A stretch of DNA of 64,000 bases from Planctomycetota bacterium (GTDB lineage: Bacteria > Planctomycetota > MHYJ01 > WSZJ01): assembly GCA_038060895.1 (NCBI GenBank), contig JBBTCT010000011.1:1-64000 (forward strand), given 5' to 3'. Each line of letters starts with the position of its first letter. Position 1 is the stretch's first letter. This document shows positions 21,668-31,175 of this stretch, piece by piece. Made by a program: the position numbers and the translations under genes. Under the pieces are notes generated by a model that worked only from the letters and a program-made list of their open reading frames with translations, was not told the DNA's origin and did no database searches.

Positions 21668-22560
21668 TCCGGGCGATTGGCCCGCCGGTCCTCCAGCAGC
21701 GCCCGGGCTTCCGCCAGTTCCTGTTTTTTCGTCGAGTCCACCTTCGGGAACTTCAGGTCAAGCCGTTCCATCACGTCGGCGATGGCGTCCGCCACCACCA
21801 GCCGCGTGAACCACTTGTGGTCCGCGGGCACGACGTACCACGGCGCCCTTTCGGTCGAGGTCGCCTGGATCGCCTTCTCGTACGCCTCCATGTATTCGTC
21901 CCAGTGCTCCCGCTCCCTCACGTCGTCGGCATTGAATTTCCAGGTCTTGTCGGGCTCGTCGAGGCGCGCAAGGAAGCGCTTCTTCTGCTCCTTCTTCGAG
22001 ACGTGCAGGTAGAACTTCGCGACGGCGATGCCGTTATGGCCGAGGGTGCGCTCGAAGCCCGCGATGTCTTCCAGGCGCTGGTCCCAGATCTTTTTCGTCA
22101 GGAGACTCTCGGGGATCCGCTGCCGGCCGAGGAATTCCGGGTGGACCCGGACGACCAGCGTCTCCTCGTAGTACGAACGGTTGAAGATCCCGATGCGGCC
22201 CCGCTCGGGTACGCACTTCGCGCACCGCCACAGGAAATCGTGATCGAGTTCCTCGGGGGAAGGCGCCTTGAACGAGAACACCTGGCAGCCGGCGGGATTC
22301 ACGCCGGACATGACGTGCTTGATGGTCGAGTCTTTTCCCGCGGCGTCCATCGCCTGGAAGACGAGAAGAAGGGCCCATGTGTCCTGCGCGTAGAGCTTCT
22401 CCTGGTATTCGGCCAGACGCTCGACGCCGCGACGAAGCAGGGACGCGGCGTCCTTCTCGGAAGAGATCCCCTCCGTGTCGTCGGGGTCGATGTCCTCCAG
22501 GCGGAACTTGCCGGGCTTGTCCACCCGGTACTTGCTGGAGAGATGTCCGGCTTTCTTCAT
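21664..22560 (-). CDS. ppk2: polyphosphate kinase 2 family protein (class III-like)
   Basis: FQAMDAAGKDSTIKHV, HDFLWR, IFNRSYYEE, APWYVVPADHKW. Confidence 0.95.
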   Translation of the reverse strand: MKKAGHLSSKYRVDKPGKFRLEDIDPDDTEGISSEKDAASLLRRGVERLAEYQEKLYAQDTWALLLVFQAMDAAGKDSTIKHVMSGVNPAGCQVFSFKAPSPEELDHDFLWRCAKCVPERGRIGIFNRSYYEETLVVRVHPEFLGRQRIPESLLTKKIWDQRLEDIAGFERTLGHNGIAVAKFYLHVSKKEQKKRFLARLDEPDKTWKFNADDVREREHWDEYMEAYEKAIQATSTERAPWYVVPADHKWFTRLVVADAIADVMERLDLKFPKVDSTKKQELAEARALLEDRRANRPD

Positions 22561-22708
22561 GGGAGGCGCTCCTGTTGAAGGGGCATGCTCGCAGGCGGCG
22601 CCCGATTGAGGAGACATTTATCGCCCGCGGACGCGCGTCCCGACGCGCGCTTCAAGGGCGGAAGCCCGCAGGCTTTTCCCCCGAGCGCTCTGCTATACTC
22701 CTCCGCAC

Positions 22709-23146
22709 ATGAAGAACCCCCGCAATCCCACCGCGCAACGGATCGTCGAGCGTCGCGCGCAGAAGGCCGTCGGACTCCTCAAGAGACTGCACCGCCGCCT
22801 GGTCGAGCAGATGATCGACGAATTGATTGAGGCAGAAGAGGCGCTGGCCGCGATGGAAGAGGGCGGCTGGTCGCCGTACGACGTGCAGAAGATCGAAGAG
22901 CGGTTCCTTCCGCGCCTGCCGAACCTCCAGGGAATGATGCAGCAGATCGCGAGCGTCCACAGCGAGCCCGTCTACGCTCCCGCGCCGGCCTACCGGCACA
23001 AGACTCTCAAGGCGAAGGAAGCGGAGTTTGACGGTGTGCTCGCGGAGTTCCTGAAGTCGCTGGGGCCGTCGGAGATCCACGGGTTCCAGGTGGCGCGAGC
23101 GGGCGAGGACGTGACGGCCGTGGTGTTGTATTCGTCGCAGGCCTGA
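22709..23146 (+). CDS. hypothetical protein
   Basis: 145 aa with GC3-biased codons; TATACT -10 box 9 nt upstream. Confidence 0.7.
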   Translation: MKNPRNPTAQRIVERRAQKAVGLLKRLHRRLVEQMIDELIEAEEALAAMEEGGWSPYDVQKIEERFLPRLPNLQGMMQQIASVHSEPVYAPAPAYRHKTLKAKEAEFDGVLAEFLKSLGPSEIHGFQVARAGEDVTAVVLYSSQA

Positions 23147-23161
23147 GCGCCGCGGGCGGCG

Positions 23162-23293
23162 AGGTCGAAGGTCTAAGGTCGAAAGTCGAAGGTCAAGACA
23201 CGACCACGACAGCGATTCCCAAGGCGGCTTCCCGAAGCGTCACCTGGCCGAGATTGCCCTGAACCTTCGACCTTGAACCTTCGACCTTCGACC
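23162..23293. repeat. inverted pair of heptamer tandem arrays (AGGTCGA)n ... (TCGACCT)n
   Basis: aggtcga aggtcta aggtcga aagtcga aggtcaa (23162-23196) and gaacct tcgacct tgaacct tcgacct tcgaccc (23261-23294). Confidence 0.8.
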
Positions 23294-23317
23294 CGCTTTG
23301 CCCGACCCCAACCGAAC

Positions 23318-25174
23318 ATGCCTCCCTTCCCGCACCACTTCGACGTCATCGTCATCGGCGCCGGCCACGCCGGCTGTGAAGCGGCGCTGGCCGCGGCCCG
23401 GATGGGCGCGCGCGTCCTCCTGACGACGATGCAGCTCGACACGGTCGCCCAGATGAGCTGCAACCCTGCGATCGGCGGCGTCGCCAAAGGCCACCTCGTG
23501 CGCGAGATCGACGCGATGGGCGGCGCGATGGCGGAAGCGATCGACGCGACGGGGATCCAGTTCCGCGAGCTGAACACGAGCAAGGGCCCTGCGGTCCGCA
23601 GTCCGAGGGCGCAGGCCGACAAGAAGTCGTACCAGCTCTGGATGAAGAACCGCGTCGAGGAAACGCCGGGGATCACGCTTCGGCAGGACATCGTCGATGA
23701 CATCGTCGTCGAGGACGGCCGGGCGCGGGGCGTGGTCGCGAAGTCTGGATGGCACTACCGGGCGGACGCCGTGGTCGTGACGACGGGCACCTTCATGAAG
23801 GGCCTGATCCACATCGGCGAGCGCAAGCAGACGGGCGGCCGCGCCAGTGAGCCGACGGCGGAGAACATCAGCGATTCTCTGCGCTCGCTCGGGTTCCGTG
23901 TCGAACGGTTCAAGACCGGGACGCCGCCCCGGCTGAACGGCCGCACGATGGACGTGTCGAAACTGAAGCTGCAGCAAGGCGACTCGAGCCCGAAGCCCTT
24001 CTCGTTCCTGAGGGATCGCCTGGAGGTTGAGCAGGTCCCCTGCTGGATCACTTACACGAACGAGAAAACGCACGAGATCCTGCGCGCCAACCTGCACCGC
24101 GCCCCGCTTCTCACAGGGCAGATCGAAGCCGTCGGCCCCCGCTACTGCCCCTCCATCGAGACCAAGATCCAGCGCTTCGCCGCAAAAGACCGCCACCAGC
24201 TCTTCCTCGAACCTGAAGGCCGGCACACGCACGAGGTTTATGTGAACGGCGTCTCGACCTCGTTCCCGCCGGACGTGCAGGAGCAGATGATCCGGTCGAT
24301 CGCGGGGCTGGAGAACGCGGAGATCATGCGGTACGGCTACGCCGTCGAGTACGACTACGTCCCGCCGACCCAGATCTGGCCTGCGCTGGAGACCAAGCGG
24401 GTCGAAGGACTCTACTTCGCGGGCCAGATCAACGGCACGAGCGGCTACGAGGAGGCTGCGATGCAGGGACTCCTCGCAGGTGCGAACGCCGCGGGCAAAC
24501 TCGCCGGCAAGCCTCCGTTCGTTCTCTCGCGCGACGAAGCCTACGGCGGCGTGCTCGTCGATGACATCGTCACGCAGGGCGTCCGCGAGCCCTACCGCGT
24601 CTTCACGTCGCGAGCCGAACACCGGCTCGTCCTCCGCGCCGACAACGCGGACCGGCGGCTGACCCGCAAAGCGCACGCCCATGGCCTCGTGCCGGACGTG
24701 CGCTGGAAGCGTTTCGAGGCCAAGGAAGCGGAGATCGCGAAGGCTCTCGATCTTCTGCCGGGCCGCTTCCGCGAAGGCCACTCGGCGCTGGAGTGGCTGC
24801 GGCGCCCGGAAGTGAGCTGGAAGATTCTTGAGGACTCATTCCCCGAAGTGCGCGCGCTCGGTCTCACCGCGCAGGCCGGAGAGCAGATCGAGCTGGAATC
24901 CAAGTTTGCCGGGTACATCGCCCGGCAGCAGGTCGTCGTCGCCCGGTTCAGGAAGATGGAGTCCCGCCTGATTCCCGCGAAATTCGATTACGGTGGTGTT
25001 CACCAACTCCGGGCTGAGGCGCGCGAACGGCTCGAGGAAGTCCAGCCGCTGACGCTCGGCCAGGCGGCACGGGTGAGCGGCGTGCGACCCGCGGACGTGT
25101 CGCTTCTGGTCCTCGCGCTGTCCCATACCCGGACCGGCGAACCGCGAGCAGGCGAAGCGTCCCTGTCACCTTGA
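23318..25174 (+). CDS. mnmG: tRNA uridine-5-carboxymethylaminomethyl(34) synthesis enzyme MnmG
   Basis: DVIVIGAGHAGCEAA, MSCNPAIGG, RFKTGTPPR, GPRYCPSIE, AGQINGTSGYEEAAMQG. Confidence 0.97.
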   Translation: MPPFPHHFDVIVIGAGHAGCEAALAAARMGARVLLTTMQLDTVAQMSCNPAIGGVAKGHLVREIDAMGGAMAEAIDATGIQFRELNTSKGPAVRSPRAQADKKSYQLWMKNRVEETPGITLRQDIVDDIVVEDGRARGVVAKSGWHYRADAVVVTTGTFMKGLIHIGERKQTGGRASEPTAENISDSLRSLGFRVERFKTGTPPRLNGRTMDVSKLKLQQGDSSPKPFSFLRDRLEVEQVPCWITYTNEKTHEILRANLHRAPLLTGQIEAVGPRYCPSIETKIQRFAAKDRHQLFLEPEGRHTHEVYVNGVSTSFPPDVQEQMIRSIAGLENAEIMRYGYAVEYDYVPPTQIWPALETKRVEGLYFAGQINGTSGYEEAAMQGLLAGANAAGKLAGKPPFVLSRDEAYGGVLVDDIVTQGVREPYRVFTSRAEHRLVLRADNADRRLTRKAHAHGLVPDVRWKRFEAKEAEIAKALDLLPGRFREGHSALEWLRRPEVSWKILEDSFPEVRALGLTAQAGEQIELESKFAGYIARQQVVVARFRKMESRLIPAKFDYGGVHQLRAEARERLEEVQPLTLGQAARVSGVRPADVSLLVLALSHTRTGEPRAGEASLSP

Positions 25175-25333
25175 GGTGACAGATCCTCCGGAACTGCCCC
25201 CGGTCCGTGTCCGACACCCCCGGATTGATCATTCCGGCACATCGCCCGGAAATTGCAGGGAAATGATCTTCCGCCATTCCGCGTTGTAAGATACGCCTCC
25301 ACACTCCTCACCCGACCCACGGAGACCGCCGAC

Positions 25334-26209
25334 ATGAAACTGCGATTCGCCCTGAACACTCTTCTGCTCGCCGCCGTCCTTTGCACGTCCGCCCGCGCGC
25401 AGGAGCCGAAGGAACCGGGAAAGAACTCGCTGAAAATGACGATCAGCGTCGTGATGAAGGAGCAGGAAGTGAAGGGCCAGGCCGGCAAAGTCGCGTACAA
25501 GCTGATCGGTTCAGGCGAGGCCGCCTATCCGGACGGGACCGCGCTTCAGTTCGGGATCCACCTCAAGGACGACCAGAATTTCGTCATCCGCGGACAGGGA
25601 TTCGTGACTGCGGGGCGGTGGGAAATCGAGCTGCCTCCGATGGGAGACAACATCTACCACGGGCAGTACGTCTGCCAGATCGACTTCGATCCCGCGCTTC
25701 AGCAGAACGCCGTCCTGGGGAGAATCGCGGCGGACAGGCGCGGGCGCAACAATGCGAAGTGCGAGCAGAAAATCGGTTCGGACGAAGCGATTGCGAAGGA
25801 AACGGCGGAAGTTCTGGCCTGGTACAAGGTGAACGTGAAGACCTTCCGGGCGATTTTTGAAAAGGTGGGGACCGAGTACGCGGCGCAGACGGTCCAGAAG
25901 AACAAGGAGAACTGGCAGAAGGTGACAAGCGCGGCGCAGGACGAGCTCATGGCCCTCGATACGGACCTGGCGAACGGGCGGAAGCGCCGGTTGAACCTTC
26001 TGCGGCAGGACCTGTTCGACATGCTTGCCGGGGCGGTCCTGACGTTCAAGGACTACGGGATCAACGCCTACACCGCGCAGCTGGCGTTCGAAGGACGGCC
26101 GCCGAGGGATTCGGCGATCGGGCACAACGAGGATGTCGCCAGGAAAGCGATCGACACGGTCGAGAAGGCGACTTCCGGCGTAAAGGCGCCTGAGGAGCCC
26201 AAGAAGTGA
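25334..26209 (+). CDS. exported hypothetical protein, YPDGT-domain paralogue 1
   Basis: Signal peptide MKLRFALNTLLLAAVLCTSARA; GSGEAAYPDGTAL...GRWE...NIYHGQY...FDP, followed by a helical region. Confidence 0.75.
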   Translation: MKLRFALNTLLLAAVLCTSARAQEPKEPGKNSLKMTISVVMKEQEVKGQAGKVAYKLIGSGEAAYPDGTALQFGIHLKDDQNFVIRGQGFVTAGRWEIELPPMGDNIYHGQYVCQIDFDPALQQNAVLGRIAADRRGRNNAKCEQKIGSDEAIAKETAEVLAWYKVNVKTFRAIFEKVGTEYAAQTVQKNKENWQKVTSAAQDELMALDTDLANGRKRRLNLLRQDLFDMLAGAVLTFKDYGINAYTAQLAFEGRPPRDSAIGHNEDVARKAIDTVEKATSGVKAPEEPKK

Positions 26210-27345
26210 AATCCCATTTTCACTTTGCCGCCGTCTTCGCGCTGGCGCTGGCGATTCCGCTCTCCGCCCAGAATCTCCCTCCGGAACCGGACGACCACGA
26301 CGACCACGGGCATGACCATTCGGGCGCGAAGGGGAAGTTTCCTGCGCTGACGATTTCCGCCAAGGTCGATGCCGTGAAGGATGCGGGGACCGGGGACATC
26401 GTGAGAACGATCCGAGGAAGTGGGACGACGGGGTATCCCGAGGGGACGTCGCTGGTGCTGGAGGCGAAGCTGAAAGGCGGCGCCGGGTATCTCAACAAGA
26501 AACACCAGGTGCACGTGGACTCCGAGGGGAGGTGGGAAGCGGCGCTCGACGACCTGGGGCGGAACGTCTACAAGGGGCTGTACGAGGTGCGGGTGACGTT
26601 CGACCCGCAGTTCCAGCAGAATTCCGTCCTCGACGCGATCGAGAGAAAACAGCTGAGCACCAAGATTTTCTCGCAATCGACGGAGATCCAGTTCGGCACG
26701 CCGGAAGAAGAAGCTCTTGAAAAGGCAGACGTCGATCAGTTGTACGCTCGCTCGTTCGCGGCGGCGAAGAAGGCCTGTGAAGACACCTTCCGGGAATTCG
26801 AGAAGCAGGTCCCCGACCCCCAGCAGCTGAGCTGGGGGGACTTCGTGGACGACATCACCGAAGATCTGTTGCGGGCCGACCGCGAGTTGGGTGAATACCG
26901 TCGCTCGAGGGACAACCTGCGGGACGTCGCCATCTATGAGCAGATCTCGAAGCTCTTCGTGATCACGACGACGAGGCTCTACCCGGTCCTGACGGCCGCG
27001 CTCGGGCTCGAAGGCGGCCGGAAACGGCCGGAAGAAGTTGAAAACGCAAAACGAATGATGGACGGGTTGCGCGAGTCCATCGCCGCGCTCGACCAGACGA
27101 TCGGGCAAGTAAAGATCGACCCGAAGTGGAAGCCTGCGGACGCCAAGCCGATACGGATCCAGCCTACGAAGCCGCCGGTGCGGCCGATCGATCCCGTCGG
27201 CGCCGCGCCGCCCCGGCCCGAAGGTCCGCGTCCGACGGGGCGGGAATTGGTCCCCAAATCGCGCTTTGGGCTCGCGGAACTGGGAATCGGCCTGGCCGTG
27301 CTTTGCGGATTGGCGATGCTGGCCGTCATGCTGAAGCGAAAGTAG
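26206..27345 (+). CDS. exported hypothetical protein, YPDGT-domain paralogue 2, with C-terminal TM anchor
   Basis: GTGA overlap; signal peptide; His/Asp patch DDHDDHGHDH; GSGTTGYPEGTSL...GRWE...NVYKGLY...FDP; Pro linker, TM helix, KRK tail. Confidence 0.75.
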   Translation: MKSHFHFAAVFALALAIPLSAQNLPPEPDDHDDHGHDHSGAKGKFPALTISAKVDAVKDAGTGDIVRTIRGSGTTGYPEGTSLVLEAKLKGGAGYLNKKHQVHVDSEGRWEAALDDLGRNVYKGLYEVRVTFDPQFQQNSVLDAIERKQLSTKIFSQSTEIQFGTPEEEALEKADVDQLYARSFAAAKKACEDTFREFEKQVPDPQQLSWGDFVDDITEDLLRADRELGEYRRSRDNLRDVAIYEQISKLFVITTTRLYPVLTAALGLEGGRKRPEEVENAKRMMDGLRESIAALDQTIGQVKIDPKWKPADAKPIRIQPTKPPVRPIDPVGAAPPRPEGPRPTGRELVPKSRFGLAELGIGLAVLCGLAMLAVMLKRK

Positions 27346-27355
27346 ACCCGCCTCT

Positions 27356-28147
27356 TCAGCGATCGACGCGGACGGCTGCATACCCGACGCACCGCTCCGT
27401 GCCGCCGCCCGCATCGGCGCTCGTCCGGTAATCCAGCACCTCCGCCGCTTTCGCTCCGAGGCGCCTGGCCGCCACCATCATGGCTACAGCAGGCGCGCGG
27501 CCGCACATGCTGATGTGCTCGCGGCGGCAGACCTCATCAAGTCCGGCCTCGTGCAGGGCGACGATGCGGTCGAGCGCGCGGCGGTCCTTGGCGCGAGTGG
27601 TCGCGTCGTCCTCGAAATGGTTCATGTCTGAAGAAGCGACGATGAGCGCGCCGTCGATCTGCGCGAGAGCCGCACCGAGCCGTTCCATTTTCGCGAAGTC
27701 CTGCGTGGCCAGCACGATGGCGACCAGCCGCGCTTGAGGGTTGCGGCGCAGAATGAAGGGGATCTCGACTTCGACGCCGTGCTCCGACTCGTGCGCGACG
27801 GTCTCCGCTTCGAGCTCCGGGTCAAGCGTCACGAGTCGGGCGCTGACCTCCGCGTCAATCGGGATCTCCCCTGCCGGCGTCGTCCACGACCCGCCCGGGT
27901 AGATCGACATCGGCGGCCCGAGCCCGGTGTGGTTCGGCGAAATCACGATGACGAGGCCGGGCACATCGACCGCGCCGAAGACGATTCCCGCCGTTGCACC
28001 GCTGTACTTGTAACCGGCGTGCGGCGCGACAATCCCGACGGCGGGACGAGAGGCTTGGGGAGGCATGCAGCGATCCATCTCGCGGCGCAGCGCGGCGGAA
28101 TCAAGCGGATAGAAGAGCCCTGCAACGGCGGGAGAACGTTTTGGCAC
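27356..28147 (-). CDS. amrB: AmmeMemoRadiSam system protein B (MEMO1 family)
   Basis: RSPAVAGLFYP, APHAGYKYSG, SPNHTG, EHGVEVEIPF, VASSDMNH, SMCG, VGYA. Confidence 0.92.
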   Translation of the reverse strand: MPKRSPAVAGLFYPLDSAALRREMDRCMPPQASRPAVGIVAPHAGYKYSGATAGIVFGAVDVPGLVIVISPNHTGLGPPMSIYPGGSWTTPAGEIPIDAEVSARLVTLDPELEAETVAHESEHGVEVEIPFILRRNPQARLVAIVLATQDFAKMERLGAALAQIDGALIVASSDMNHFEDDATTRAKDRRALDRIVALHEAGLDEVCRREHISMCGRAPAVAMMVAARRLGAKAAEVLDYRTSADAGGGTERCVGYAAVRVDR

Positions 28148-28225
28148 GGATGCTATTGTATTCGGCGAAGCCTCCGCCAGCCTTCGCCAGCCCACCCTGC
28201 GCTAGCGAAACGAGTCGAAGGGCCC

Positions 28226-29092
28226 CTACCCGCCCAACATCCGGTACCCCATCATCCTGTACGCCAGCTTCGCCGCCACAAACTGGCTCACGTTCAACCC
28301 TTCAATGGGCGCAACCTCGACGATGTCAAACCCGACGACATTCTTCTGCGCGAAAATCGGCCGCAGGAAGTCGAGCGTCTCATACCACGACAGCCCGCCC
28401 GGCTCCGGCGTTCCCGTCCCGGGCACAAGAGACGGGTCGAGCCCGTCGATGTCTACGGTGATGTAGACGTCGTCCGTCAGATGCTCCAGGAACCGCTCCA
28501 CCGCCTTGCGCTGGTCCGCCGCCGTCCGCGTCAGGTGCGCGGGCGCCGTCGCGACGAGCCCGCGATCGACGAACGGCACTTCGCTCTTCGAGAAATTCCG
28601 GATCCCCGCCTGCGCCAGCTTGCACCCCAGGTCCACCACCCGCTTCATCGCGCACGCGTGCGACCACTTCTTCCCTTCGTACTCGTCCCTCAGGTCGGCA
28701 TGCGCATCGATCTGGAAAACCGACAGCTTCGGGTGCTTCGTCCGCGCCGCTTCCACCAGCGCCGGCGTGATCGAGTGTTCGCCGCCGAGCGAAACGAGAA
28801 CCTTCCCTTCCTTCATCAGCTCCGCCGCGTGCTCGGCCAGCGCCTTGAGATAGCGCTCTCCTTTCATGCGTGCCGGCTTGAACTCGGGAAGCGTGTGGAT
28901 CCCCGCTTCGCACGTCTCGCGCAGCAGCTCTTCGTCCCAGAGCTCGACTTGACGCGATGCGTCAATGACCGCCGCCGGGCCGCCGGCCGTCCCGCCGCCG
29001 TACGAGACGCTCTCCTCGAACGGCACCGGGAGCACGAGGAACTTCGCCTTCGCCCGGTCCGACTGCGCCGGCGGAAGTCCCCCGAAATTCAT
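28226..29092 (-). CDS. speB: agmatinase
   Basis: LGGEHSIT, QIDAHADLR, TVDIDGLDPS, GTGTPEPGG; lies directly downstream of the arginine decarboxylase. Confidence 0.93.
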   Translation of the reverse strand: MNFGGLPPAQSDRAKAKFLVLPVPFEESVSYGGGTAGGPAAVIDASRQVELWDEELLRETCEAGIHTLPEFKPARMKGERYLKALAEHAAELMKEGKVLVSLGGEHSITPALVEAARTKHPKLSVFQIDAHADLRDEYEGKKWSHACAMKRVVDLGCKLAQAGIRNFSKSEVPFVDRGLVATAPAHLTRTAADQRKAVERFLEHLTDDVYITVDIDGLDPSLVPGTGTPEPGGLSWYETLDFLRPIFAQKNVVGFDIVEVAPIEGLNVSQFVAAKLAYRMMGYRMLGG

Positions 29093-29103
29093 CGGAGCCT
29101 CGC

Positions 29104-29649
29104 TCACGGCAGGAGAATCGCCGAGGCCACCACGGTCGTCCACAGCCCGCGCTGGCCGACGCCGCCCTGCGAAGCGCTGGTCGTGCGGACGATGCGGCCG
29201 CTGATCTTCCAGAGCTCCTTCTTCTTGTCCCAGCTCGCGTCCGGGTCGAACTCGACCCCGAGGATCGTCGAGAGCATCGACGCCGCCAGGTCTTCCGCGT
29301 GATCCCCGGCCTCGTCCTCGTTCTCTCCGAACGAGTGGTGCTCGCTCAGGTACCCGTACTGGTTCGCGTCCGTCGGGATCGACAACCCGACGGACGTCGC
29401 GATCAGCCGGTGATGCTCGTCCGTCTCGTTGCGCGCCATCACGCAGTACACGATCTGCCCCGAGGAAAGCTTCTCGAGCCCCTTCTGTTTCGGGATCACC
29501 CGGCAATGCGGCGGGAAAATCGACGAAACGTGTACCAGGTTGAATCGGGCGATTTCGGCGTCCCGGAGCGCTTCTTCGAACGACGTCAGTCGCTCCTTGT
29601 GACGGCCAATGCCCTTGGTGAGGAAAATCTCGCGGGGAACGAAGCTCAC
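29104..29649 (-). CDS. pyruvoyl-dependent arginine decarboxylase
   Basis: SFEEALRDA, FNLVHVSSIFPP (Ser-Ser autocleavage site), YGYLSEHH, WTTVVASA. Confidence 0.92.
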   Translation of the reverse strand: MSFVPREIFLTKGIGRHKERLTSFEEALRDAEIARFNLVHVSSIFPPHCRVIPKQKGLEKLSSGQIVYCVMARNETDEHHRLIATSVGLSIPTDANQYGYLSEHHSFGENEDEAGDHAEDLAASMLSTILGVEFDPDASWDKKKELWKISGRIVRTTSASQGGVGQRGLWTTVVASAILLP

Positions 29650-29789
29650 GGTGTCGGGCCTCGAATGAAGCCGGGGTTAGGGGCTGAAGAGGCGGGGATT
29701 CTAGCGGAAGGTGTGCGCATGTCCATGATCACGAATTCGAAGGCACGCGGTATTCTTGGAGACGGGACTCGTGAATGGGAGTTACTGAG

Positions 29790-30446
29790 ATGAGTAGTGC
29801 ATGGATGTTTCGAGAAGGGGTCACCTCGAAGAATTCATCCGCCGCCGGAGAATGGGTAGGGGCGCGCATCTTGGAACGGCTCGATGCGAGCATGCGGGGA
29901 ACGCGACTCGAGTCTGATTTGAAATTCACGCGAGCGGCCGGCAACGGCCCTCCCCTGTGGCTGTACACCCGAAGTGAGTTCAATGGCTTTCTCACTGCCC
30001 TTGTAAGGCTCTGCAGTGACTTGGAATCGCTCTCGCCCGAAGTTACGAACACCGATGAGTACCTGCCTGTTCGTTTGGTTTGGGTCCGCGAACTAGTTGC
30101 GCATGCGTATGAAGATCCACGGGTCGGCGGAAGGCCACCTTCGCTGCCAAGTTCCGATCCGGGTATAGAAGGCAAGGTTCCTGTGTTCGTAATGGGAGTG
30201 AAGGCTTTGCCGGACGCTCGTGGCTGCACCGTTCATCTTCGGGTCGGGGAGTGGATTTGGTTCTTGTACGCAGAGATCGGCCATTGCGCGGGTGGTGAAG
30301 TGTTGAGTTCCTCGGTAGCATGGGGACGATTCGCGCATGAAGATCCGGAATTGCTCGAGGGCCTCACTAGAGAAGTTCAAACTGCCCTGACGAAGGGCCA
30401 GTCCTACGTACCAGCCCTCGCTGGCTTCAAGTGGCCGAGATGGTGA
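29790..30446 (+). CDS. hypothetical protein with atypical, lower-GC codon usage
   Basis: Longest ORF in the gap; many A/T-ending codons compared with neighbours; no recognisable motif. Confidence 0.5.
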   Translation: MSSAWMFREGVTSKNSSAAGEWVGARILERLDASMRGTRLESDLKFTRAAGNGPPLWLYTRSEFNGFLTALVRLCSDLESLSPEVTNTDEYLPVRLVWVRELVAHAYEDPRVGGRPPSLPSSDPGIEGKVPVFVMGVKALPDARGCTVHLRVGEWIWFLYAEIGHCAGGEVLSSSVAWGRFAHEDPELLEGLTREVQTALTKGQSYVPALAGFKWPRW

Positions 30447-30509
30447 CGGGCAACGTTGAATCGCGCCGATCCCTCGTCAACCAGCGGGGCACTTCGTAAG
30501 ATCATTTGC

Positions 30510-31175
30510 ATGACCACTCCCGAGGAACCCCGCGGCCGCGAATTCCTGACCAAAGTCCGGCCGGAAGCGATGAACCACCTGCTCGCGTTTTTCAAGGAAT
30601 CGGCGAAGCACCTCGAGCCGAAGACCCGGATGCTGATATCGGTCGTGACGAAGACGATCAACTTCTCGCCGCGCGGGCTGAAGCAGTACATCAAGCGCGC
30701 GATGGAGGAAGGGGCGTCGAAGGACGAGGTGCTCGACGCGATCCTCTGCGCGTATCCGTGCGCGGGGCTGACAAAAGTCTGTGACGCCGCGACGGTGTTT
30801 CTCGACATGGGGCTGGGTGAAGGGACGACCGTCCCCGCGCCCGCCGCCGAAGCCACGTCCCCCGGCGCATGGATGGCCCTCGAGGGCGCCGGGAAAATCG
30901 CCGAGGGCGACATGCGGCGCTTCAGCCTCGATGGCTTGCCCGTCTGCGTCTCGCGCCACGGAGGAAAGCTCTTCGCGATTTCGGACGTCTGTCCGCACCG
31001 CGGAGGTTCGCTGTCGGACGGCGAGTGCGAAGCGGGGGTCATCACGTGCGGGCTGCACGGCTGGCAGTTCAAGGCGCAGGACGGCAAGTCCGCGGGGATC
31101 GGGCAGGGCGGCGCGGCGTCCTACGAAGTCCGTGAAGCCGGAGGCAAGGCCGAAGTCCGGATTCCGACGAAGTGA
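30510..31175 (+). CDS. CMD/AhpD-like domain fused to a Rieske [2Fe-2S] ferredoxin
   Basis: LEPKTRMLISV...RAMEEGASKDEVLDAI (CMD fold), then CPHRGG...CGLHGWQF (Rieske ligands); GTGA overlap with hemE. Confidence 0.85.
   Translation: MTTPEEPRGREFLTKVRPEAMNHLLAFFKESAKHLEPKTRMLISVVTKTINFSPRGLKQYIKRAMEEGASKDEVLDAILCAYPCAGLTKVCDAATVFLDMGLGEGTTVPAPAAEATSPGAWMALEGAGKIAEGDMRRFSLDGLPVCVSRHGGKLFAISDVCPHRGGSLSDGECEAGVITCGLHGWQFKAQDGKSAGIGQGGAASYEVREAGGKAEVRIPTK

Noticed and set aside
23162-23293. Possible CRISPR array
   Set aside because: Units are 7 bp with no unique spacers, and there are no cas genes in the window.
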